From positions 62,001-126,000 of the forward strand of contig JAPETS010000058.1 in NCBI GenBank assembly GCA_026023565.1: a stretch of 64,000 bases of DNA, written 5' to 3'. A program made the translations under genes and the position numbers. Every line of letters starts with the position of its first letter. The first letter of the stretch is position 1. The notes beneath the pieces are model-generated. The model made no database searches, had not been told where the DNA came from, and worked only from the letters and a program-made list of their open reading frames with translations. The stretch is from Cirrosporium novae-zelandiae (lineage: Eukaryota). Positions 38,717-49,834 of the stretch are shown here, in pieces.

Positions 38717-39712
38717 ATGGCACAATCGGCTGGGATCCAAGGGCAGAATTGGTACATGCCCCAAGAAGAAGGAATTGCCTTTGTAAGAATTTTGTGTATA
38801 CCTTTGGAAATAAATTACTGAGTCGAACGTAGTTCGATGATGGACGAGAGATTGAGCTCCTACACTTCGTTTTCAATCATCCTTCCATTTCTCAAATTCG
38901 AGGATCACCCCACAAGGTACTCGAAGCCATTGACGAGTATGGGAAGACGAAGAAATATTTAATGAATGTGGGCGAGCTCAAGGGTAAGATTGTTACCGAA
39001 TTGATTAAAGAAGTGAAACCACAGACAATGGTTGAGCTCGGAGGTTATGTTGGCTATTCTGCATTATTGTTTGGTGATGCTGTGAAGCAGTCCGGTGGCA
39101 AGCGATATTTCAGCCTTGAGAGGAATCCGGAATTTGGAGCAGTGATTATGGCATTGGTCGAACTGGCAGGCCTCAGTGATGTTGTTAAGGTTGTTATCGG
39201 ACCAAGTGACCAGTCCATCCAAAGACTTCATGCTGAAGGCAGTCTCAAACACATTGATCTTATGTTCCTAGATCATTACAAGCCAGCTTATACAACAGAT
39301 CTCAAACTCTGCGAATCTCTGAATTTGATCACACCCGGATCGGTATTGGCAGCTGACAATTGTATAAAACCTGGGAACCCTCCCTATCTCGAATATGTGA
39401 GAAGCTCGGTCAAGCAGAAAAGAGAAAGAAGCAAGCAAAGTACGGCAGCGGGAGCAGATCAAGCAGCATTTTCAGATCGCTATAGAGGACAATATGCAAA
39501 ACGTCTAGACGAAGAGAAACTAAGCTCAGATATTAAAGGCAACCCGAATCTCGTTTATGAAAGCAAGATGGTTAACAGCTTTGAGCCTACGGGTGTTCCG
39601 GTAAGTAGGAAATCTTGGTGTTTGTACACAATTAGCTGACAAGTAATACCAGGATGGAGTAGAAATAACCAGATGCGTTGGAGAAGACAAATGGCCAAGA
39701 TCAAAGGCCTAG
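38717..39712 (+). CDS. Catechol O-methyltransferase family (MysB-like) (exons 38717-38782, 38833-39600, 39653-39712)
   Basis: FDDGREIELLHF, LMNVG, VELGGYVGYS, FLDHYK, ADN, FEPTGVP|DGVEIT. Confidence 0.92.
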
Positions 39713-40243
39713 AGTTATCTATAATTAATTTATGACAACATTCATCGATAGGCAGCTCTTCATCAGAATATTAATCCTAAAATTCTCAATGGGGGGTTAT
39801 GCTAGAGGATAGGATACAGTTTTGTAAAGCAGTACAGGAGTAATTAAATTCAGTTAATAACATCTACCAAAAGTGCAGTTTTCAAATTTAGGCGGATCTT
39901 CGGCCCGATATGTAATGAGGGGCAGCGCTTTACCATGGTGGGGCAAATTTACCACTGCAATTGTTCTTCAGATACCTCTGACAACATGGTCTCCAGATGG
40001 TGGGGTCATTAGGAGTCACGCTGCGTCTGTTTGGTCTTAAATGTATTAAATCCGAAAAGCCAAGACTATTATTACAAATGCTTTTTGAATGCTACATTGA
40101 AGAATCTTCGCCTTCAAGGGTACTCACTGTTATATCTACTTCCACCCAACTTTTTAAACGAAACCATAACAGTTCAAGAGTTCTCAGGTAATAACTCGTC
40201 CTAGAATTAATCAACAGATATCCATAGATTCCCAATTGCTACA

Positions 40244-41489
40244 ATGGCTTCAAAGCAATTCAATGTCGCAGTCATTGGATATGGCCTCTCCGCCAAAATA
40301 TTTCACATACCATTTGTTACAACCACTCCAGGGCTTAAGCTCTATGCTGTTGTCCAACGTCATCCCAAGCCTGAGGACGATGCCGAGAAGGACCATCCCG
40401 GAATCAAGAGCTACCGTTCAGCAGAGGAAATGGTGAAAGATCCTGCGGTAGACTTGGTCATTGTGTCCACAACTCCCAATATCCATTTTGAGCAGACAAA
40501 GTTGGCCCTTGAGGCTGGAAAGCATGGTTGGTCGACCATTATCCTTCTTTGCATACAAGAACAAAGGATAACATAAAGTTTAGTCGTCGTGGAGAAGCCA
40601 TTCTGCTCAACTTCGAAAGAATGCGACGAACTCATTGCAATTGCAAAGAAGAACCAGAAGCTCTTGACCGTCTATCAAAGTATGTGACTCTAACTCCAGT
40701 TAGCCCATAAGAAAGTGGTCCTAACCATCTTCGAGACCGCCGCTGGGACGCCGACTTCCTTACACTGTCGAAACTTATTAAAGAAGGAAAGTTTGGTCGC
40801 ATTGTCGACTTTGAAACACATTTCGACCGACATCGGCCGGAGGCTAAGACGGGGACCTGGAAAAACGAGCCTATACCTGGGGGAGGTGTCATCTATGACC
40901 TCGGGACACATCTAATAGACCAGGTTGTCGTCACGTTTGGACTACCCAAAAAAATAACGGCATTCATTGAGGGCAAACGATCCCACAACGAGACAAATTT
41001 CGAAGATTCATTCACAGCACTTTTGCATTATGATGGAGGGTTAGTAGCAACTGCCAAGGCGTCAGTGATAAGCCCGGAGGTAAATCAACTTCGATATTGG
41101 ATAAGGGGAGAGAAGGGAGGCTATAAAAAGGTCAGATAAAGTCTAGCCAAAGGGGAAATACCTGGATAATAATATCTAACAATGTTTAGTTTCACTTGGA
41201 TTGCCAAGAGAGCCAGCTAAGAAAGGGTATTTTCCCTGATAATGCTGCCTATGCAAAAGAGCCCAGTGAGCTTTGGGGAACCCTCACCACCGCCGAGGGC
41301 GACAAGATAACTAGCGAGGTATATCCAACCATTGAAGGCGAGTCTTATAGCACCTATTATAGCATTATCGCAAAGGCTCTGGCTGGTCAAGGCGATGTAC
41401 CAGTGAAGCCAGAGGAGGCAAGCTCAGTCATTCGCCTTATTGAGTTGGCTCAAGAAAGTTCAAAGACTGGGAAGACATTGACAGTTTAG
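40244..41489 (+). CDS. Gfo/Idh/MocA NAD(P)-dependent oxidoreductase (exons 40244-40526, 40584-40679, 40736-41130, 41190-41489)
   Basis: VIGYGLSAKIFH, GKHVVVEKP, VYQNRRWD, GGVIYDLGTHLIDQ. Confidence 0.92.
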
Positions 41490-42055
41490 ATGGGGAGGTA
41501 ACATGCGTATTTTATCTTGGTAATCTACGTAGAGATATTTCAATATAACATAATGGCAATAAAACAACTAGAAAAGGGAGCATAGAGGGCATGTTGGTAG
41601 ATATGAACCGAATAACTAGACTTTGATAATTACCAATCAATCAATTGCACTCAGGAAATCTCCAAATATGAAATAAACTCAATCCTCGATCACATTCGAT
41701 TGCTAATATTATGACGGGAAATCTTCTCGTGAAACAGTGCGTTCGACTTTGGTCATTGGCTTCTAACAGAGCTATTTGATAAAATGGCTGGTTTCATTTC
41801 TAGAGAACAGATAACATGCATTTTAATAATAGTTGAAGACTATTTCAAATATAATTAGTGTTAGATTGTAGGATGTTGCATTAATAATACCGTCGATGGT
41901 ACCAACGTAACGAAGTGTAGGGCGTCATGGGCGTTAGGCCAAGGGGCCAAGATGACGTTTGAGCCCACTATCAAATCTCATAATTACTCGGGTATTTCAC
42001 CATCATAGAAATTTCTCCAATAAACGGTTTGCGACACCACCACAAATGCTTCAAA

Positions 42056-44044
42056 ATGGTGCTTGCAAAATCAAAAAACTCAGTAGGGCTGGGCAACAGT
42101 CTTATGAATGATCGATTTGGCAAGGGAAAAGGGTCAGATCGCAGAAAAGTCGGCACAGGAATCGAACGCACTGGTCCAGATGGCGAAACTTATGTTACAA
42201 ACGATAAGAAAGAGGCATCATGGGTCAAGATGCGCAGTGTTACAGAGCAGGCTCCTCTGGATGAATTCTTGAGTACGGCTGAACTCGCCGGAACCGACTT
42301 TACAGCAGAGAAGTTGAATAGCGTGAAAATCATACATACCGACCAAAAGAACCCATATTTGCTATCGGCGATGGAGGAACGATCGACGATCAGGAAACAC
42401 AACGAGAATAAAAACAAGCTGACAGTACCAAGGCGACCACCATGGGATGAGAAAACTACGCCCCAAGAATTGGATGAAAGGGAAAGAGAGAGTCTGTTAC
42501 AATGGAGGCGGGGTCTAGCAGAATTACAAGATAGCCAAGATCTACTTATGACCCCATTTGAAAGGAACTTGGAAGTCTGGAGACAGCTATGGAGAGTTAT
42601 TGAAAGATCAGATCTCGTCGTACAGATTGTGGATGCACGAAATCCGCTTTTATTCCGATCAGGCGATCTAGAGAAATATGTGAAAGAGGTCGACCCCGGC
42701 AAGAACAATTTACTGTTGGTCAATAAGGCTGATATGATGACACTGAAGCAAAGGGAAACATGGGCAGACTATTTTGAGAAGGAAGGAATCAATTATAAAT
42801 TCTTCTCTGCTGCTTTAGCGCGAGAGCTCAACGAGGCTAGAGAAACAGAAGATTATTCCTCAGATGAAGTCGAACCACAGCCTCTTCCGAATGACGAGGA
42901 AGAAGTCGATAGTGAAGATCAGTTGGCGGAAGAGGCCATGAAGATTCATATACAAGACAAGGAGGAACAGCGGACCAACGAAAACGAGCTTAAGGGTGAA
43001 GGGGAAGGAGTACCACATTCCGATGAACGTTCCCGAATCCTTACAGTTGATGAGCTTGAAGCTCTTTTCTTACAGCACGCTCCTGAAGTTGAAAACCCTG
43101 ATCCAGCCCACCCACGTAAAACACAAATTGGACTGGTTGGCTATCCCAACGTCGGAAAGTCATCCACTATCAACGCTTTAATGGGCGCTAAAAAGGTGTC
43201 TGTCTCCAGTACGCCAGGAAAGACTAAACACTTTCAGACCCTTCATCTCAGCGATTCCATCGTTCTTTGTGATTGCCCTGGTCTCGTTTTCCCTAGTTTC
43301 GCAACTACAAAAGCTGAACTGGTTTGTAATGGCATTCTACCTATCGATCAACTTCGCGAATTTACTGGGCCAGTTGCACTAGTAGCCCAGCGTATCCCTC
43401 AAGTCTTTCTAGAAGCAGTCTACGGTATCAAGATCCAGATACGCCCTGAAGAAGAAGGGGGTACTGGTGTTCCTACAGCCGAGGAACTACTTATTGCTTA
43501 TGCCAAAGCCCGTGGTTTTTCTACATCAGGTCTAGGCCAACCGGATGCTTCGCGGGCAGCTCGTTATATCCTCAAAGACTATGTGAATGGAAAACTTCTG
43601 TTTTGTCATTCTCCACCTTCTGACCCTGCGATGGATGAACGCGAGTTTAACCGTGACCTCTATACATTTTCGAACCTTCCTGAGAAACGTCGCGCTCATT
43701 TAGCTGCTGATGCAACTTCGGACCTAGCCAACACTCCCTCCCCATCAATAGATACTACATTCACACTTCCTTCAGGATCCACCAAGTCTTCTCGATTAGA
43801 TAAAAGATTCTTTGGACCCGGTTCATCAAGTGCAGGTCATATGTCTATGCCTTTTAACTACAAGTACAGTGAGCAAGGACAAGCTGCAGAAACAAAAAAG
43901 TTATTGAGTGGACGGAAACAAAAGATGATGATTGCATTGGAGAACAACATTGACCCTAGTGAAGTGAAGCTTGGTGGTAGCAAGAAGCATTTCAAGGGTA
44001 ATAAGAGGAAATCAAAGGTCAGGGGAAGAATGGAGGATGATTAA
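42056..44044 (+). CDS. LSG1: Large-subunit GTPase 1 (circularly permuted)
   Basis: TPFERNLEVWRQLWRV, DARNP, NKAD, GYPNVGKSS, TPGKTKHFQT, DCPG. Confidence 0.97.
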   Translation: MVLAKSKNSVGLGNSLMNDRFGKGKGSDRRKVGTGIERTGPDGETYVTNDKKEASWVKMRSVTEQAPLDEFLSTAELAGTDFTAEKLNSVKIIHTDQKNPYLLSAMEERSTIRKHNENKNKLTVPRRPPWDEKTTPQELDERERESLLQWRRGLAELQDSQDLLMTPFERNLEVWRQLWRVIERSDLVVQIVDARNPLLFRSGDLEKYVKEVDPGKNNLLLVNKADMMTLKQRETWADYFEKEGINYKFFSAALARELNEARETEDYSSDEVEPQPLPNDEEEVDSEDQLAEEAMKIHIQDKEEQRTNENELKGEGEGVPHSDERSRILTVDELEALFLQHAPEVENPDPAHPRKTQIGLVGYPNVGKSSTINALMGAKKVSVSSTPGKTKHFQTLHLSDSIVLCDCPGLVFPSFATTKAELVCNGILPIDQLREFTGPVALVAQRIPQVFLEAVYGIKIQIRPEEEGGTGVPTAEELLIAYAKARGFSTSGLGQPDASRAARYILKDYVNGKLLFCHSPPSDPAMDEREFNRDLYTFSNLPEKRRAHLAADATSDLANTPSPSIDTTFTLPSGSTKSSRLDKRFFGPGSSSAGHMSMPFNYKYSEQGQAAETKKLLSGRKQKMMIALENNIDPSEVKLGGSKKHFKGNKRKSKVRGRMEDD

Positions 44045-44673
44045 GGGTCTAGTCAGGTGGTTAAATACGCAATAGCCTTGCATAGGGCCGGAATCGGAAA
44101 GGAATCGGATATGTTCTTATGATTATGATAAGTAGATACCTAAGGCCAAGGGTAGTTATAAATGCATTAAAAGTTGATGACTTGACAAGATAGGACTCGA
44201 TCTAGAACGAAGCTTCAGGATTCTCCAAGTAAAGCCAGGTGTAAGTATAGGGGGTAAGACGAAAACATCTATGAGCCAACATAGACAGCCTTGGATCCCT
44301 CCTGATAACGAGGATGATAAGCCTTAGATATCGCAGAACTTGATTGGGTGAATTGTGTGTAGGAACCGGAAATTTGACTTTCTTCTTCCGACACTCCTTG
44401 GTTAAACTCGAAACTCCAGCTTCCACGCACTCTTCTCTTTTTGCATCCTGAAGTTATATAAAAATCCATTGAAACCAGATCAGAGACAGCAATTATATTA
44501 GAAACCTATGTGCCAATTGATTCAAATAACGCACCAATGGTGCTATTTAGTTCGCCATTATGAAAATCAGAAAGATATATATCCCTTGATATGTGATGAT
44601 ATTATATAAGTTCACGTCAATAACTCCCTCAGTTCTTGACGATTCTATGTTCTCTTTTCGTGTACTGCTTTGG

Positions 44674-44684
44674 ACGCGACGCGT
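44674..44684. promoter_or_regulatory. Overlapping MCB-like elements (ACGCGACGCGT)
   Basis: Exact ACGCGT plus ACGCGA about 680 bp upstream of the ATG at 45362. Confidence 0.3.
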
Positions 44685-45361
44685 TGTTTGCTATTTGTGG
44701 GTCATATGACTGTCAGTGCCTAAGATCTCTAATCCAGGCAGCAAACTTTGGTCCTATTGTTCTCTGAGTTCAATAACACCTTTGAAGAAAGGGGGTGTTG
44801 AAGATGTTGTTGCTATGGAAGCTCATAAATAGAACGACTGATTTCTCCTATTTTCTCCTGTTTACAACCTCAGTTCACTCATAGCAACTGAAGCTTTTCA
44901 AAAAGATAGCATCCCCTGACTCTTGGAATTGCTCTCTTTACTTCTTCAAGACTATTCTTTACTTAACAAGATATCTTCTAACACCGTGAAACTCGAGAAT
45001 ATCGCTGTTGAATTGTCGCGCACCACAAAGCTCAATCAGTTGCATACTCCCCAGACGCGATCTCTACGCTATGTGGTCAAGTAGCTCTAATAACACCAAC
45101 AACTAGCTTAATCCAACTCGATACCTCATCATCATCACTAGAACAGAATACTTGTTCTTTACTGTCCCAAACATTGGTTAAACTGACAAGTCTCTAAGCA
45201 AGTTTCCCACCCCCTAAACTTCGACCGGTATTCATATCTACCTCCTTTATCTCCTACCTACTCTGCCTATTTACATATTCTAATCAATTTTCAAGGTACA
45301 GAAGTGTCAGCCTCTTCTAATATTACAATTTCGCTTCAGCTTCGAGCTATCAGTCATCATA

Positions 45362-47468
45362 ATGGCGAGGAAGTTGGTCAAGAAGGTGACCAAAGCATTG
45401 AAATTGGTAGGACGCCATGTCAACCGCACTGTATGTTATCTTGTCTCTTGGTTCCTTGGCTCGGTAGTCCTTCAGGGTTTCCAAGCAGAGAGCAAAGTTC
45501 TAAAATAAAAAGATATTCTTAATCAAAAGAGAATAGCTAATTAAGGTAGATCGTCATGTACGGCATGACCAACGTTGCAGCTCCAGACTTGGCACAACCT
45601 GATACTATCTATTCAGGAGAAGCTAGGTATCATCGATATGAAAACAATATCAACCAGGTAAGTTCTTCGACTCCTGTCCTTAGCCTACTTGGATAAGGAT
45701 TAATGGATTGAAGGGACGCATCCACTTTCACGATGGTGAATCCACCGATGACCTACTACGACACTTTCCCTCTACAGAAGCTTTCAGAGCGAATGACCAA
45801 GATCAAAATCATATCTCTAGTATTATAACCACTCCCGATAACGAGGTTCGAAGTTTTGGCTCTCCCTCAACATCATGGGGTGCTTCCAACTCTCAATTGA
45901 GCAATGAGTCTATGCTGGAAGCTAGCTACTACTCTTCACAAAGTGCACTGAAAGGCCACGAAAGTGACAGCATTGACGACGACAATTTTGGTAACGATCA
46001 GGTTATTAAAATGGTTGTTGGCCCATACTCTGATACTGTGCAAGAACACCATGACACTAGTAACTCCACCAACACTCCTATCACCCCCACATATGACGAC
46101 AAATCCTCTATTGCTCCCTCGTCAGTATCAGAATCCTCTACTTCCTCTACTGAAGGAGGACTCATATCTACTGCATTGGAACGCTCTTATCGGCGCCAAT
46201 TAAATATCCTAAAGAAGGTTATGTTTGACACTATAGATGAGCTTGAGCAAGAAAAAGTCAAGGCTGAAAAGCTCACTGAAGAAAAGAGGGTTCTTAAGTT
46301 GAAAGCCGTCGCTTTGAATGCTCAGCTAGACGAGGCTCTGTGTGAAGGTAGGAGAGCCCAGGAAAAGCTTGAAGGCATCGAAGCCGAGAACGACACGCGA
46401 GATGATGCTTTCATTGCCGCCCTCAAGGAGATACAGGAACAGGATGATATAATCATCGATCTCAAAGCACGACTGATACCAAATGCACTGCTCAAAGCAG
46501 AGTTAGAGGCAGCCAACAACCGCATCGAGGTTCTTGAATATCATAGCTCGGTGTGGAAGGATGATCTTGAGACCTCTCTTAATGACTACGAGTCGTATTC
46601 AAGCATAAATACAACTTCAACCAGAAGAACGTCTGTGATACCTGATCCATTGAAACCGGTCCTCAAAAAGCCTCTCGAATTCGCCGCCGATGAAGACTCC
46701 GAATTAGATCCTATTTCACCTAAGAATTCCCCTCAGCGTTCCAGTAGCCCACTCAACGACTTCCAACCTGAGTCTCAGTCTCTCAACGACTCACCAACTC
46801 CACCCAGGATCCTACGCAGAAAGGATTCGCAGCCATGTCTACTCCTAAACAAATCTCTTGCCACAGACACGACCACACCAACCGAAATGAAACCAACCTT
46901 GATCTCTGAAAAATCCACAACCCCTCCCCCCCTCAAAAAGAAGGCTCGACGGGCCACCTTCACAGTCTTCACAGACAACGACCACCCACCATTTTCAACT
47001 ACCACCAGCAATACCACACTACCAACAAAACCCCACCGCCTCTCTCTAGCCCCCCTAGACACCAACACGAATACCAACACAACCCTCCACCTCCAAAACC
47101 TCACCTCCATCCCCCCATCAAGCCCCCTCCAATCAGCCTATCTCAGCGAACTTGCAGAACCCACAAAAGAATTCTCTCATATGTGCAAGCATAGCAGCTG
47201 GCAAAAGATTCCTGGTCGGAATGCGGACAAGGAGAATATTGCGATTGGACGACCGGGGGAGAGGCTTCATACAGGCCGCAAACAGCAAACGAGGCGCAAC
47301 CGGCTACGGAAAAGGAATGGGAAGGGTGGTCTTTTGGGTATTTCTGAGGATGAGGCTAAGGATAGTGTTAATCCCACCACTACCACTGCCACGACCACCA
47401 CTATGACAGCCAGGTTGTCCCCCAAAGCTGTTCGTTTCGCGGAATGGGATGAAGTCTGGGAATCTTAA
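45362..47468 (+). CDS. Hypothetical protein with central coiled coil and S/T/P-rich disordered regions (exons 45362-45430, 45550-45657, 45714-47468)
   Basis: 586-codon ORF extended by two phase-0 introns to MARKLVKK; heptad-rich E/K/L segment; contains a KEN motif. Confidence 0.7.
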
Positions 47469-47499
47469 ACCGCTAGTATTGCTACGGGACTTATACGAA

Positions 47500-49830
47500 G
47501 AATGCAATAATGACCTCCTCTGTAGTGCTGTGTATTACCATCCCACAGTTACGACAGGATTCCAACCGACATGAACCTACCTACCTTCTTACGGTTAATA
47601 TCAAACGATGATTATGGTTATGATCGCGAGCGAGCGATAAGCGACGAGTTACGAAAAGGGAAGGAAATAATGGATAGTAAATGCATGGATGGATGGATGG
47701 GAAGAACAACGGTTAAGAATTAAGGGAGAACAGACAAGCGTGATAAAAGCGAATACCACTGTACATACTGATTTTCATTTTGCATTATACCCCCCTCCCT
47801 CCCCCCCTTTTTTTTGGCTCTCTACAACCGGCGTGCGAATATTTCTATGTTTTGTTATGCTTCTACTTCTACTTCTGTACCTACCTCCAATACTGTAAAA
47901 CGGTGCTCAGTTAACAAGCTATGATTGTTTTTGAAGTAAATGAAGTGGGGTTATGGGTGGAATGATGGTTGATAGAATGGATAGGATAAATAAATAGGCT
48001 AGATGATAATGATAAAAAATGATACCCCCCCCTAGCAATGCCATACTATACATAATCCTCAAACCCCTCCCTTTCCTTTCCTTTTCTCTCTCCATTATCA
48101 ACCCACCCACTATCACCACCACCATTATCACACAAAAAGAAACCCCTTCAAATCTCTTAAACCATAAACATACATCATAAAATAAAACAAGAATAATCAA
48201 AAAAACTACGGAAGCCCGAAGAAGAAGAGACAGGGGGGCGGCGGTATTTCGATTTCCTTCCCCCCCCCCCCCATCTAAAAAGAAAGAAAATAAATAAATA
48301 AAAAAGCGGGCATTCAACATACAGTACAAACAGCAGATCAATCATCAGTCGTATATACAAAATATTTTTTTTTTCTCCTTGTTTTTCTTCTTCACCAACG
48401 AGGACGAGGACGAGGAACGAAGGGTTATAAAAGAAAAGAAGACAAGACTAGTTAGTTAATCTCTTATCTTATTTTTTTTTTTACCTTAATTAAATTAAGC
48501 CGAAAGCCAGAAAGAAAGAAGGAAAGGGATGTGGGGATATATAAATATAAATATAAATATTAACCTAGTTATGCTAAAAAAAAATAAAAAGGAGGGGAGG
48601 GTGAAGGATAAAGGTGTTTGAAGATTCAAAAACAAAGATGAAAGATTAAGAAAAAGGTAAAAAAAAAAAGGGGTCGGGGGGGGGGGCTAGATTTTGAATT
48701 ACCAAGTTACTAAAATATAAACAAAAAACCCTCATTTTCCATTTCCATCTCCCTTCTTCTTCTCCTACGCTTTCTATTTCTATTTCCATCCCCAACAGTA
48801 AATCTCCCAAAAATAAATTCCACATAGCTTATTGATTTACACGTATACGGATATGTATAATCCCCCTACCCCAAGAAACCCCTACCCATCCATCTATCCA
48901 TTTATCCATCCGTCCAGATTAACATTACAGAGAGAGAAAAGGAAAAAGGGAAAAAGAAAGAAAAAAAGAAAAAAAGAAATTGAAGAGTAGAATGTAGAGT
49001 GTAGAGCGGCAATGAGGGTAATGGAGATGGGAGGATAATGATGAGGTGAGAGGATTCGGTTACTAGGTAGGTAGGTAGGTAGGTAGTTGGGTAGTTGGGT
49101 ATTTGGGATTAGGAATTAAGGGGCCAAGTTTGGTTGTTGGTTCAAAGGGTATATAAGAAGAAGAACAAGAAGGAAAGGATGTGGATGATATGGGTATGGG
49201 TATAAGTATAGGTATTAGTATGAGGTATGATAAGTTGTATTTCTGTCTTTCTGTCTGTCCTGTCTGTCCGTCTGTCCATTTACTTCCCTCCCGCCTTTCC
49301 TTTCCCTTCTTTCCTATCTCTTTATCCATCACCAATCACACTAATCGTTATATTATTACCATCCCATCCTTTCCCACAAAAAGGCCAACCACTTCCTCCA
49401 TCCCCCCCCCTCCACACACAACAAGGAGAAAGAAAAAAAATTGGAATGGAATGGGAAGAAACGTAAGATATCCATATCGTACAAAAGCTATCAAAGCCTA
49501 GCCTAGCTAGCTAACCCCAGCTTCCCACATCTCCCTATCTTCCTATCTGTCGGCATTGTTTGTCGGCCTTAACATACGTCCCAACATGGGCTTGAATAAA
49601 GTAAAAATGAAATTGAAATAGAAATAGAATAGAATGAGGTCCCCCCCCCCCGCTCTCTCGCTGTTTAAGATGAATGATGAATGAGTCAATTATTACTCCT
49701 GTCCAGTTATTTTTTCCATTTCCAATAAAGTAAAGTGCCATATAAGGGGGTTGGGGGGTGTAAGTTAAAGAAAAAAAGACTCGTTAATAAACTTTCACGC
49801 TGGATACCTTCAAAGGGATCAGTCGCCATA
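47500..49830. repeat. Long microsatellite/low-complexity tract between convergent genes
   Basis: (GATG)n, (CTTCTA)n, poly-A/C/G/T, (GACGAG)n, (TAGG)n, (TCTG)n, (AATAG)n. Confidence 0.85.
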
Positions 49831-49834
49831 TGCG

